Shown: positions 1 to 11,562 of the stretch, piece after piece
How the letters are laid out: each line of letters starts with the position of its first letter
How positions within the stretch are numbered: position 1 is the stretch's first letter
Assembly (NCBI RefSeq): GCF_006345805.1
Contig: NC_043008.1
Location: 7,750,001-7,814,000, forward strand
DNA from: Octopus sinensis
Taxonomy: Eukaryota
Direction: 5' to 3'
Length of the DNA: 64,000 bases
Notes under the pieces: model-generated
Seen by the model: the letters and a program-made list of their open reading frames with translations, nothing else
Told to the model about the DNA's origin: nothing
Database searches by the model: none
Made by a program: the position numbers and the translations under genes

Positions 1-4
1 CTCC

Positions 5-84
<80 letters not shown>

Positions 85-322
85 CAGATAGATAGATAGA
101 TAGACAGACAGATAGATAGATAGATAGATAGATAGATATATAGATAGATAGATAGACAGATTGATAGATAGATATATAGATAGACAGATAGATAGATAGA
201 TAGATATATAGATAGATAGATAGATAGATAGATAGACAGATAGATAGATAGATAGATAGATAGACAGATAGATAGATAGATAGATATATAGATAGACAGA
301 TAGATAGATAGATAGATAGATA
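5..322. repeat. (GATA)n microsatellite with GACA/TATA variants; 3' flank of the Tx1-like element
   Basis: Direct tetranucleotide repeat. Confidence 0.98.
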
Positions 323-663
323 TGTTTCTTTATTAGCCACACAGGGCTGCACACAGATAGAACAAATTACAAGGTAGAGCTTTTCTTTTGAAGGTTTAAA
401 AAATAAAAAAATAAAAAAATAAAAAAATAAAAAATAAAAAATAAAAAAAAATAAATAAATAAAATAAAATAAAAAATAAGAAAAAATAAAATAAAATAAA
501 AATAAAATAAAAAAGGGGGGGTCGATCAAAAGGGATCGTAAAAGGAGAGGAAGACAACAAAAAAAAAGGGGGGTTTAAAAAAAAAGGGGGAGAGGAAAAA
601 AATTGATCAATAGGGATCGTTATCACAGAAATGTCAATATGAAGTGTAAAGGGGGGGACAGGT

Positions 664-713
664 GAGGTTTACCCGTGGAAAGAAAAGCCTACGGAAAAGA
701 CCACGGTAACCTC
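664..713 (-). other. Stem-loop in the retrotransposon 3'UTR
   Basis: GAGGTTTACCCGTGG (664-678) pairs with CCACGGTAACCTC (701-713) with two single-base bulges. Confidence 0.6.
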
Positions 714-799
714 GGTCAATGAAGTCACATGTTATATTTCTTTTTTTTTTTTTTTTTTTTTTTTGCAAATAAGCAACTCTCTGTATTAATTTTTACGGT

Positions 800-3468
800 T
801 CATAGAATCATAGTCAAGGTGGCTTCGTCATTCATACGTGCCATCCTTGCTACATTCACCCATCTTTTTTTAAAACATTCACTAGACAAAACTTGCCTCT
901 CTACTCTCACTTTTTCTTCAAGTGATACTTGAAGAAGTTGATGAGAGATTGACCAGAGAGGAAAGTGTTTGTCTCTAATCCTTTCAGACGCGTCCACCAG
1001 AGATACATTCTTTCGCCATAGCCACAAGTATGATAAAAATAGCTCTTCCTTCCCGTTTGAAGGAAGGAGGCGTGACGATATTAACGATAGACTCGGCTGA
1101 TAAACCGACACGTCCCACACGTGACAGCAGTCGTTCGACATAAGCCCACAGGTGGGAAATTGCTGGACACTGCACGATTGCGTGCAGAGCGGTTTCGTCG
1201 CTCTGCCCGCATCTCGGGCAGTCGGCCCCGTGTTTCTCGAGCCATGCCTATAGAGCTTATCCCGAACGGGTAGCGCTTCTCGGTAGCACCGCCAGGCCAG
1301 GGATCTCTGGAGTTGTCCATAGGTCCCGGGCCGAAAGTCGTTTTGAAACAGGCGGGTCAGGTATTCCTCGTCGACGCCCAGGTTTGCCCCGAGCTCGTCG
1401 TCGTACCTCCCCTCCACTAATCCCCTATAGAATGCTTTGGTGTGTTGAAGTCACTCAAGGTCGACCCGGGACGGCAGAGTTGCTTGAGAGCAACGCGGAC
1501 ACTCGCGGTGCCATTCGCCCTTCTTCGGCCTCTTTTGATCCACGACTGTAGTTCGGTCATGGAGACGAGTTGCGGGAATGCGTGCCTCACAAACGGCGAC
1601 CACACCTGTTCACCGTCGTCTACATAGAGCCGGAGATGTCGCAGTCTCAGCGCGTGTCTGCGCATCATCAACCACGGCATGCCCAGCCCTCCTTTTAACG
1701 GGTGTTGACAGCAAATGGATCGCCTGACCATCGGGACGCATCCTTTCCACAAGAAGCGGAAGAGGATGCGTTTCTAGTTTGGTGATGGTAGGGTCGGGAC
1801 AAGGTACGACGGTCAGGCGGTAGTAGATGATGGACGCGATGTACGCGTTCACACCTCCGCCCGACCTTTTAGGGACAGTTTCCTCTCGGCCCATTGCTGG
1901 GAGAGAGTGACCACCCTACTCGTTATCTCGTTCCAGTTCTTCTCCATTTGGAGGTCCGGACCGAACCAGACCCCGAGCAACTCAACCGGGCCGTCTGTCC
2001 AGCGTCCCACGACGGAGGTACTGGTGGACGGCATGGGTTTGCTTCTCCAGGTGCCGAGCCGCAAGCCCACTGACTTTTCCCGGTTGATTTTTGCTCTGTC
2101 ACACCGCTTCGTAGTCTTTCAGTGTCTCGCCGACCGCTCGATGTGCTCGTGGCTTGACACTATGACGGTGACGTCGTCCGCGTATGCAGACACGCTCGTC
2201 CCGCATCCTAATTCTCGCGGGATGCCCTCAGAGTCGCCGGCTTCCGCATAGTAGTGGCTCAAGAGTCAATACGTATAGAAGCGCCGAGAGGGGGCATCCC
2301 TGACGGACCGAACGTGCAATGTCGAAGGGTCTGTTCATCTACCAGTGACCGAATGGTGGCTTTGTTGCCCTGTGTTGCGCCTCTGCCACCCGGGCCTCTC
2401 TCGCGGCTCCAACACCTTCGTTCCTTAGAGCACGCATCCTAGCTCTGACAGCACATCCTTCGTGTTTGGCGTTGAAGTGTTGTCGAGGGCCAACCTCGCC
2501 GCCAAAACGTCGGATGCGATGCCGCTTCTAATCTCTTCTAGCTTCAACTAGCTCACCCTCTACTCTATTTCTATCTATGGCTAGTGCTTTGCTGTACCTA
2601 ATCGCTCTGCTTTTACTGCTCTCTTGAGGCAAACCACCATTTGTTGTTGATGATGGCTCCCGTCAAGCCCTCTTTACTAGTGTGCTAATCCGGTCTCTGA
2701 AAACTTGTCTGGACGGGAATGATGCGTTCAGTTTCCCGTACCCAGGACCCTGTCTATGTGCCTTATCTAAGTCTAGCGTACACGTCACCAATTGTGATCC
2801 GTGTAGCTGACTGTGTGGAATTGTGGACATCCTAAGTTATCCTTGTCTACTGTCCTACACAGTATCCTATCTAGATACGATCTCGACGACCCACTGCGGT
2901 TGCTCCATGTCCACGTTGGTGCATTTGGGTGGTCGAGTCGGTACCTGTCAGACAGTTGGAATCGTCTGAGCAGGTCTCTGAGGCATTTGCATCCCCTTTG
3001 TTTCTGTCTCTACCCACGTAGTCTACATGCGTGTCCAAGGTAGCATTCCAATCCCCCACTAAGAGTAAAGGACGAGACGTTCCCAAGAATACTTCTAGGT
3101 CGAAAGAAATCCGCCCGACCTGTTAAGGGCGGTGCGTAGACTGATACGAGTCGAAAAGCGCACCCATTGCTGCCGTCAACATCCAGAACGATCAGTCTAC
3201 CCTCCGGGTCTACGAATATCGTCTTGACTTCGAGATCCAGGCTTGTGAAAAAGTACCGCGGTGCCACTACCGCCCATCCTCGGCAGACAGGGAGCGAAAT
3301 AAATGTTAAACTGTCCGCCAAACATGGACTTTAGGGCCCGTGGCTCGTGGAGTCTGGTCTCACTTATGGCTATGATTCCCAAATCATGTGACTTGATGTC
3401 ATTTAGGAGGTATCCTTGTTTCCAAGGAGACCCAAGCCACGCGCATTCACACAACCAATCTTGACCAT
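800..3468 (-). pseudogene. ORF2 of copy 1: APE endonuclease, RT (internal ~750-bp deletion at ~2330), C-terminal CCHC; multiple frameshifts
   Basis: MVKIGCVNARG, ISET, VYAP, GDWN, SYLD, TDH (APE); QGCPLS, YADD, LLGVWFG, GGLG (RT/thumb); CPRCGQSDETALHAIVQC at ~1165-1220; TGA at 800-802. Confidence 0.93.
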
Positions 3469-3519
3469 GATTCTATTGGGGGTGTGTGCTTTAAAACACA
3501 CAAATGAAAGTACAGAGAG

Positions 3520-5635
3520 TTACTTACTTGTGTCGAAAGTTTTGGCTTTCCTCGTTTGATGTCTTCGAGGAGGAGTTTCTATAGTTTTTGGGACAGAATT
3601 TCTGGAAACCACCCTACAGCATTTGGGGAAGAGGGCTTTGAGTTTGTGGTGTTGTGTTTGTGTGTGATGGTAGTATTTTGATGTGTTTGGGTGGTGTAGT
3701 GCGTGGATGATTGCTATTTTTAAAGTCATCTTCACAAATGTTTGTGTATCCTGTGATGTACTCCATTAGTTTGGAGTTTTTGTGTCTATCGCTGATAGCA
3801 TTGTTTTTGTGGTGTTGGTGCTTGTTTTGTTGTGTATGGAGTTTTCAGGGTTCAGGTATCTCCCTGCTTTGGTTGCGATTTCTTGTTTGGTTTTTCTTGA
3901 TCTTTTTTCTTTTAACCCCTGTGCTATTTGCCATTCTGTCGAACTTTCATCGTTAGATGAAAAGTCTGACGAATCAGCGGGGGCAAGGGTAAGGCGTCCT
4001 GGGTGTGTTTTGTTTGTGCGGTTGTAGATATTGTTGTGGTGCGCGGGGAGGGTGTTGCTGGGGGGTTTGTTGTGGTTATGTCTCTCCTACATCCTTGGTG
4101 CTTGTCTTCTTCGTTGTTATTCTTGGTGTTGGAATTGGTTTATTTGTTTGTGGTGGTGATGATTCTGTTCTTGGCGCTGGTGTTGGTGTTGTTTGGTTGG
4201 GTTGGTTTGTTCTTTTTGTGTTTTTCCTGCATTCCGCATACAGCTTCTGACTAGCTGTCCATATTGTGGTGTGGGCAATAATCTGGCTTTTGTGATTTTT
4301 CCTGTGGCTGTTGTTGTTGTTGTAATTTTGCGGCAGATTTGCACTCCTTTTTGAGGTGTGCCTCACTGCCACATGTATAGCATCGTGGCCTCTGCCCTCG
4401 ACTACTACTATATAACTTTGCGGCCATCCTCAAGATGTACGTGGGTGGGGATTTTATTTATGTCCTCTTGACTTATGTGGAAGAGGAACTCTATTCTCTT
4501 TCCCAGCCAGTCCTTGTTTTCCGAAACACCGATATCTAGGATGTTTATGTCCTCCATTTCGGATTTACGGCGGATGGATCCACAGTGTTGTAGTCACTTG
4601 GGGGACACCACTGATAATGACTTTCGTCACCTTCTGGCCGAGGTAACTCGGTTGTCAACGTTAGTTCATTCAGAATGAAGGGTTATCGTTGAGAATTTCT
4701 TCGCCAACTCTTCATTCTGAAAAACCACCTGTACGTGTGCGAAACTTGTTCGCCCAAGTCACACAATCCTTGTATCCCCAGATGGGGCGTAAGCACTTTT
4801 CGACTTTGTCTGTGCTTGCCTTTTCTGGACTTTTTGTTTTTTTATTTGTGATTTTATATACAATTGTCTTTTTTTTCTCCTCATTCAGTATGTGCTGAGG
4901 TATGTGTAAGAGTATTTTTCCGTTTTGATTTGTAATAAGGTTTCTGCAATCTTTAATCTGTTGTGTTGTAGTAAACGAAACTTTTGTTACCTTTTCTTTT
5001 ATCGCCTCGGCGAAGTTTGTTGTTGTTTGTTATTGTGTTACTGTGATGTTGATGGCAGGGGTGTGGTTGTAGGTTTGTGGTTGCTGATTATGCAAACTAG
5101 CAAGGGGTGGAAAATTCCTGCGTAATTTAGTCCTGCATTAGCGCAAATTTCGGCATTTCGTTTGCTTGTCGTCGTTATTTTTTCACTTGTTTGGTGATGG
5201 AGGTGAGCAGTGGTTGAAGGGAATTGTTGTTGTCGTCGTCGTCGTCGTTGTTGTTGTTGTTGTTTTGTGTTGTTATTGTCGTTCTTGGTGACGGCGGTGG
5301 TGTTAGTAAGTATTAGTAGCATTGACGGCACGGTCTTTGGTGGCGGTGATGGTGATGTTGGTATTGTTATTGGTGGCGACGTCTTTAGTAGGGGATAGCA
5401 GTTTTAGTAGCAGATTCTGCCATGGTGTTGTTGTCGGTGTTGGTGTGGTGGTGGACTCACTGATGGTGGTGTTGACGGTGCTTGGCCTTGCGACCTTGTT
5501 TTGTATTTGTTGCTGTTGTCGATGTTGTTGATGGTGGCGGAGTGTCAGGTTCAGCGTAAGGTAACAGAGCATCCTGTTTTCTGCCTCTGCGTCACGGTTG
5601 ACTTGCATCTCAGCCTCGTGGTGACCAGTGGCCAT
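3520..5635 (-). pseudogene. ORF1 (gag-like RNA-binding protein), frameshifted in this sequence
   Basis: Starts MATGHHEAEMQ (ATG 5635). Central HVQVVFQNEELAKKF...KVIISGVP segment resembles the Tx1 ORF1 RRM region. EGQRPRCYTCGSEAHLKKEC is a CX2CX4HX4C knuckle (~4340-4410). Thr/Gln/Asn-rich low-complexity flanks. Confidence 0.8.
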
Positions 5636-5857
5636 TTTGGAAATAAAATGGCTAAATGAAACCACGAAGGCTAGAGAATCTTTTCTTTTAAATTTTGCCC
5701 ACAAGGGGCAAAAATTTTGTGGAGATATTATCAAAGGTTTTACAGTGGATGTTGTCACAACTTTTAAAAACCCAAAATATTTCACAATAAGTAATTTTCA
5801 ACGTACAAAATGACCATTTTACGTGGAGCCCATTTGACTAGCGTCCGTCCGTCCGTC

Positions 5858-5863
5858 AGATAG

Positions 5864-5923
<60 letters not shown>

Positions 5924-5976
5924 CAGATAGATAGATAGATAGATCTATAGAATGATAGATAGATAGATAGATAGAC

Positions 5977-6062
<86 letters not shown>

Positions 6063-6070
6063 TAGATAGA
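5858..6070. repeat. (GATA)n array between the two retrotransposon units
   Basis: Direct repeat, same orientation as 5-322. Confidence 0.98.
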
Positions 6071-6153
6071 CGTATGCAGACACACTCGTCCCGCATCCTA
6101 ATTCTCGCGGGATCCCCTCAGAGTCGCCAGCTTCCGCAGTAGTGGCTCAAGAG

Positions 6154-7146
6154 TCAATACGTATAGAAGCGCAGGAGAGGGGCATCCCTGACGGACCGAA
6201 CGTGCAATGTCGAAGGTCTCGATAGATGTCCATTTACGCGAATTACCGAACGGATGCCTCTGTACAAGGCAGCTATCCAGCCGCGGAAGACGGGCCCGAA
6301 ACCAGCCGGTCTCAGGACTGCCTCCAAGTATCGATGGTCTACCCTATCAAAGGCTTTCGATTGATCCAAGTTGATCAGGGCCCCTCCCATGCCAGGTTCG
6401 TTAACTACCCTGTCTATGATGTAGCGCATCAGATGGAGGTTGTCATGGATGCTCCGGCCCGGCACGGCGCACGTTTGTGCGTTGTCGACCAGTTTCTCGA
6501 TGACAAGCGCCAACCTCTTGGCTAACGCCTTTGTCAAAATTTTCAGGTCTGCATTGAGCAGAGTGATTGGCCTAAAGTTATCTATAATGTTTCCCTTGTT
6601 TGGATCTTTCTTCAGCAGAGTTACAGCTCCTCGACTCACAAAACCGGGTATGCTCCCGTTTTGCTGCCAGTTGCAGTATACCGCTGCCAAGACGTCTCCA
6701 AACAAGTCTGGCATACAATAGTAAAATTCGTAGGGTAGACCATCCAAACCCGGTGATTTGTCCCTCGAGCATTCTGCCATCGCTTCCCGCACTTCCGCCG
6801 CCGTGATGGCACCTTCGCAGCACCCTGCCTTTCTTGTCGAGAGTCGTGGCAGGCTATGTAGGTAGGCACTGAAGTCTACCCTACGTTCTTGCCCTCCACT
6901 CGTCCCGAACAGTCGGGCAAAATGCTGCTGAAAAGCCTCACACATTTTATTTGGCTCGAGCAATTCGCGCCCCTGTTCATCTACCAGTGACCGAATGGTG
7001 GCTTTGTTGCCCTGTTGCGCCTCTGCCACCCGGGCCTCTCTCGCGGCTCCAACACCTTCGTTCCTTAGAGCACGCATCCTGGCTCTGACAGTACATCCTT
7101 CGTGTTTGGCGTTGAAGTGTTGGTCGAGGGCCAACCTCGCCGCCAA
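6154..7146 (-). CDS. Uninterrupted N-terminal RT-domain reading frame
   Basis: SPGLDGLPYEFY, FRPITLLNADLKI, GRSIHDN, LDQSKAFDRV; a frameshift near 6215 precedes QGCPLS. Confidence 0.88.
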   Translation of the reverse strand: MAARLALDQHFNAKHEGCTVRARMRALRNEGVGAAREARVAEAQQGNKATIRSLVDEQGRELLEPNKMCEAFQQHFARLFGTSGGQERRVDFSAYLHSLPRLSTRKAGCCEGAITAAEVREAMAECSRDKSPGLDGLPYEFYYCMPDLFGDVLAAVYCNWQQNGSIPGFVSRGAVTLLKKDPNKGNIIDNFRPITLLNADLKILTKALAKRLALVIEKLVDNAQTCAVPGRSIHDNLHLMRYIIDRVVNEPGMGGALINLDQSKAFDRVDHRYLEAVLRPAGFGPVFRGWIAALYRGIRSVIRVNGHLSRPSTLHVRSVRDAPLLRFYTY

Positions 7147-7380
7147 AACGTCGGATGCGATGCCGCTTCTAATTGCCTCTTCTAGCTTCTTAACTAGCTC
7201 ACCCTTCGTAGTCTTTCAGTGTCTCGCCGACCCGCTCGATGTGCTCGTGGCTTGACACTATGACGGTGACGTCGTCCGCGTATGCAGACACGCTCGTCCC
7301 GCATCCTAATTCTCGCGGGATGCCCCTCAGAGTCGCCAGCTTCCGCAGTAGTGGCTCAAGAGTCAATACGTATAGAAGCG

Positions 7381-8167
7381 CCGATGCCGCTTCTAATTGC
7401 CTCTTCTAGCTTCTTAACTAGCTCACCCTCTACTCTATTTCTATCTATGGCTAGTGCTTTGCTGTACCTAATCGCTTCTGCTTTTACTGCTCTCTTGAGG
7501 GCAAACCACCATTTGTTGTTGATGATGGCTCCCGTCAAAGCCCTCTTTACTAGTGTGCTAATCCGGTCTCTGAAAACTTGTCTGGACGGGAATGATGCGT
7601 TCAGTTTCCAGTACCCAGGACCCTGTCTATGTGCCTTATCTAAGTCTAGCGTACACGTCACCAATTTGTGATCCGTGTAGCTGACTGTGTGGAATTGTGG
7701 ACATCCTAAGTTATCCTTGTCTACTGTCCTACACAGTATCCCATCTAGATACGATCTCGACGACCCACTGTGGTTGCTCCATGTCCACGTTGGTGCATTT
7801 GGGTGGTCGAGTCGGTACCTGTCAGACAGTTGGAATCGTCTGAGCAGGTCTCTGAGGCATTTGCATCCCCTTCTGTTTCTGTCTCTACCCACGTAGTCTA
7901 CATGCGTGTCCAAGGTAGCATTCCAATCCCCCACTAAGAGTAAAGGACGAGACGTTCCCAAGAATACTTCTAGACGTCGAAAGAAATCCGCCCGACCTGT
8001 TAAGGGCGGTGCGTAGACTGATACGAGTCGAAAAGCGCACCCATTGCTGCCGTCAACATCCAGAACGATCAGTCTACCCTCCGGGTCTACGAATATCGTC
8101 TTGACTTCGAGATCCAGGCTCTTGTGAAAAAGTACCGCGGTGCCACTACCGCCCATCCTCGGCAGAC

Positions 8168-8169
<2 letters not shown>
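7381..8169 (-). CDS. Uninterrupted APE endonuclease reading frame (the ORF-track start in GATA repeats is spurious)
   Basis: [41 protein letters not shown] in the 7356..8435 ORF. Confidence 0.85.
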
Positions 8170-8222
<53 letters not shown>

Positions 8223-8223
8223 C

Positions 8224-8298
<75 letters not shown>

Positions 8299-8335
8299 CA
8301 GATAGATAGACAGATAGATAGACAGATAGATAGAC

Positions 8336-8418
<83 letters not shown>
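8165..8418. repeat. (GATA)n/(GACA) array, 5' flank of unit 2
   Basis: Direct repeat; overlaps the element end by AGACAG microhomology. Confidence 0.98.
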
Positions 8419-8419
<1 letters not shown>

Positions 8420-8685
8420 GGGCAGATTTATACATATATATGTATCGACATTTTAAAATGTGGGTATGTGTATTTATGCGTCTGCATGTATATATTAATT
8501 CGATATTGGTTTATCGTTACGATCGCTTATTATGGGTAGTTGCTACAATTTTTTTTTTTTTTGATTCTGTCTATTTTTCATAGGTAAACATAAATCTTAG
8601 CGATAAAATACAGAAAAAGAATGGAATATATACATGGGTGAGTGTGCAAGTGTATGTACGTACGTAAATACACACACACACACAC

Positions 8686-8725
<40 letters not shown>

Positions 8726-9487
8726 AATATATTAAATACGAGAAGTGAAATAGGGTGTGGGAGGGGGAATGCTGTGAAGTTAACCGAAAAGAAATAAAGG
8801 AAAAATGACTTCGTTATTCAAGTGTTTCATAGATAAACGTATTTAAAAAATGAGATATTAAGTAGATGTTAGAGAGGCTATACATCATGGCTCGTAGTTT
8901 GATATTAAACGTTTAGAATTCGATTTGTCGCTATGACTTAATCGATAAAACTATATAATTTCTGAGAAGGTCAAATGTTTCAGAGTTCAAAGTAGAAAGT
9001 GTAAGACGGGATATAATAATAATAAATCTTCAGATGACAATGGATAGGTTGTTGTGAAACATTCTTTTAACTAGAATTTTCTGTTTCTTTTATAAATGGA
9101 TCGCTTCGGCTTATGAAGCTCGGTTTTAGTCTACGGAACAACTTGTAACTCTTCTCATTTCCTTTTCTGTCGGCGTTTTCTCGTATCTGTCTCACATTCG
9201 TTTTCTACTGATTTCTTTTCCCCTCTCCCTCGCTATCTGTCCGTCTATACATTTATCTATCTATCTCTCAGTGTTAGTGTGGGGTTCTTCTGAAATAATG
9301 CTAAGGACCCTCGCATATAGATAATTGTATTAAATCGTTTAATAAGTGAATATTTCACTGCCCATGTCAAATGACTTTCCTTTTCGACTTGCTGATATAT
9401 CGAAAAACAGCGTAAGAGAGAGAAAACTTAAACATTCAAGGAGACATTCACTTACAATTATCATTTTACTATTCTTTTATTCGCTTA

Positions 9488-9675
9488 TTATTTTACTTGT
9501 TTCAGTGCCCACACTGGAACACACCATTGAAGCAATATAGTCGAACGAATCGACCCTGGTACTCAATTTTATGCCTTGTACTTATTCAGCCATATCGAAA
9601 TGCAAATGCTAGGCTATACGAAGATAAACAAACCAGCACCGGTTGTCAATCAGAGATGCTGGACGAGCACAGATG
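9488..9675 (-). mobile_element. 3' half of family-B (OR-like) SINE, diverged
   Basis: TTACTTGTTTCAG...AATCGACCC...CACCGGTTGTCAA matches the 3' half of the 38359 copy. Confidence 0.6.
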
Positions 9676-9772
9676 TAATGACTCTCTCTCTCATTCACTC
9701 TCACTGTCTCTCTCTCTCACACACACACACATTCATACACAAACGTACACACAGACACGCACATACATATAC

Positions 9773-9806
<34 letters not shown>

Positions 9807-9838
9807 TTGGGTGTGTGTGACTCTGTATAGAAGAATAT

Positions 9839-10053
9839 ATTCTTTTCTACTCTAGGCAGAAGGCCCGGATTTTTGGAGGAGGGGGCAATCGATTAGCTCA
9901 ACCCAAGTGCGTAACTGGTACTTATTTATTCGACCCCGAAATGATGAAAGGCAAATCCGACCCCGGCGGAATTTGAACTGAGGACGTAAAGATAGAGTAA
10001 ATACCGCTAAGCATTTCGCCCGGCGTGCTAACGTTTCTGCCAGTTCGCCGCCT
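9839..10053 (-). mobile_element. Family-A tRNA-SINE (OK-like)
   Basis: Reverse complement reads GGCGGCGAACTGGCAGAAACGTTAGCACGCCGGG...AGTTCAAATTCC (B box)...AAGTACCAGTTACGCAC. Confidence 0.9.
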
Positions 10054-11509
10054 TCTTATGAATATATCACCAAGTGTATGTGCACAAAACTTCAAAATAT
10101 TGAGTTGATACTGTTTCCTGACATTATGCCAATTCCAGCGTAGTTCTGTCTGATCTGTATTCAATCTGTATAATTCTTTAAAATTCATGACACCATATAA
10201 TATTTTAACTAAATGTCGTAGAAAAGGATGTTCGTTGATTTCAGCAAGTAATGTAAGAATGTGAAGTGTTTTATTTGTGTTTTATATTTCTAAACGGGTA
10301 ATCTGCACATCCAAGAATTCTGACTGGAATGCATAACCTTAATTTATTTGTATATTCAGCATAGAAATCTGCCATTAACGACGCGACATGTTTGATCAGT
10401 TTTCGATTTTATGAATCTTAATACAAATTCAACAATGCGTGTGTGTGGCGTGACCTGCGACACGAACAGATGTCATAAATCGAAACACCTTCAACGCCAC
10501 CCCCAAAACCACCACCACCAACAACAACAACAACAACAACACCAACACCAGAACCGTATCTTCCCTGTTATTCCATTCCTTGCCATACTACCATCGCTGC
10601 CATCATTGAAAAACCTCTTCCCTTCTTGTACTTATTTCGTTATCCAACCATTCTTTTCTACTTCTTTAAGTCACCACCTTGTGAGATTGTTTACTTAACA
10701 ATGTTCCATAGTTTTCCATTATTGATACAGATATTATAGAACACGGTTTAGCAATTACATATATATGTTTTAAAGTCTTATTCCGTTATAAACTTATTCT
10801 TATTCCTTATTATCTATTTCTCACCAATCTAATTCCTATTGTCTTCATTTTATTCCAACGAGAGCAGCATTAAGTTCCTAGGATTGACCTTTTCCTTCAT
10901 AGTATTTAAATATGCAATTCAGAGAGGAAATTTGTTAGATTTAAACTTCGACTCAGTTTCCCTGTAAGTACACGTCAATGATATATAACCGCATGCATGC
11001 GGCGCGCACACATGCAATACACACTCGCAAGCATGCATCTAGTCAGAGAGACGCAGACAGATAAACAGATAATTAGGCAGATGTATGCACACACATTTCC
11101 TTGAATTTTCTGCATTATTTGCTTCTGGAATTAACCTATCGAGATATTCAACAGCTCCCTTCACACACACACGCACATATAGATACACAATCACACACTC
11201 TCACAGACACTCGCATACACAATCCTATGATTTCGTTCATTTATGCATGGGACAATGCCTTTATACTCTTTCATCATACAATTCGTTGATTCCCTTTGTA
11301 ATGGACGTTTTCCAAGGGATTATCTTCAAGAGATTATTTGCAGGGATTACCTCGATTCTAATTACGCTAAGTTATGAATAACAATGAATAATTAAGGCAC
11401 GTGACTTAACATGACTTTCATTAAAGCAATACATTGAATAATAAGCACAGATTACATATATGAACGTTAAGCAGATATTGTTACTATCATGCATATATAT
11501 ATATTATAT

Positions 11510-11562
<53 letters not shown>

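Larger units (their letters stand above)
323..5857 (-). mobile_element. Near-full-length L1-clade (Tx1-like) non-LTR retrotransposon, copy 1
   Basis: Minus-strand order: ~220-nt 5'UTR, ORF1 with CCHC knuckle, ORF2 (APE, RT, CCHC), 3'UTR ending AATAAAGAAACAT directly into (ATCT)n. Both ends abut (GATA)n. Confidence 0.92.
6071..8169 (-). mobile_element. Second, 5'- and 3'-truncated and internally rearranged unit of the same Tx1-like element (ORF2 only)
   Basis: Near-identical to copy 1. Minus-strand order: EN+linker (8169-7381), ~175-bp RT YADD fragment (7380-7205), then linker through RT up to YA of YADD (7205-6071). Confidence 0.9.

Noticed and set aside
5782-6096. ORFs 5782..6096, 5856..6083 and the N-terminus of 7356..8435
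   Set aside because: They read through GATA arrays; the real element sequence begins at 8169 and 5857.
9025-9070. CAGATGA...GAAACATTC hammerhead-like string
   Set aside because: Core mismatch, weak stem II and no stem I.
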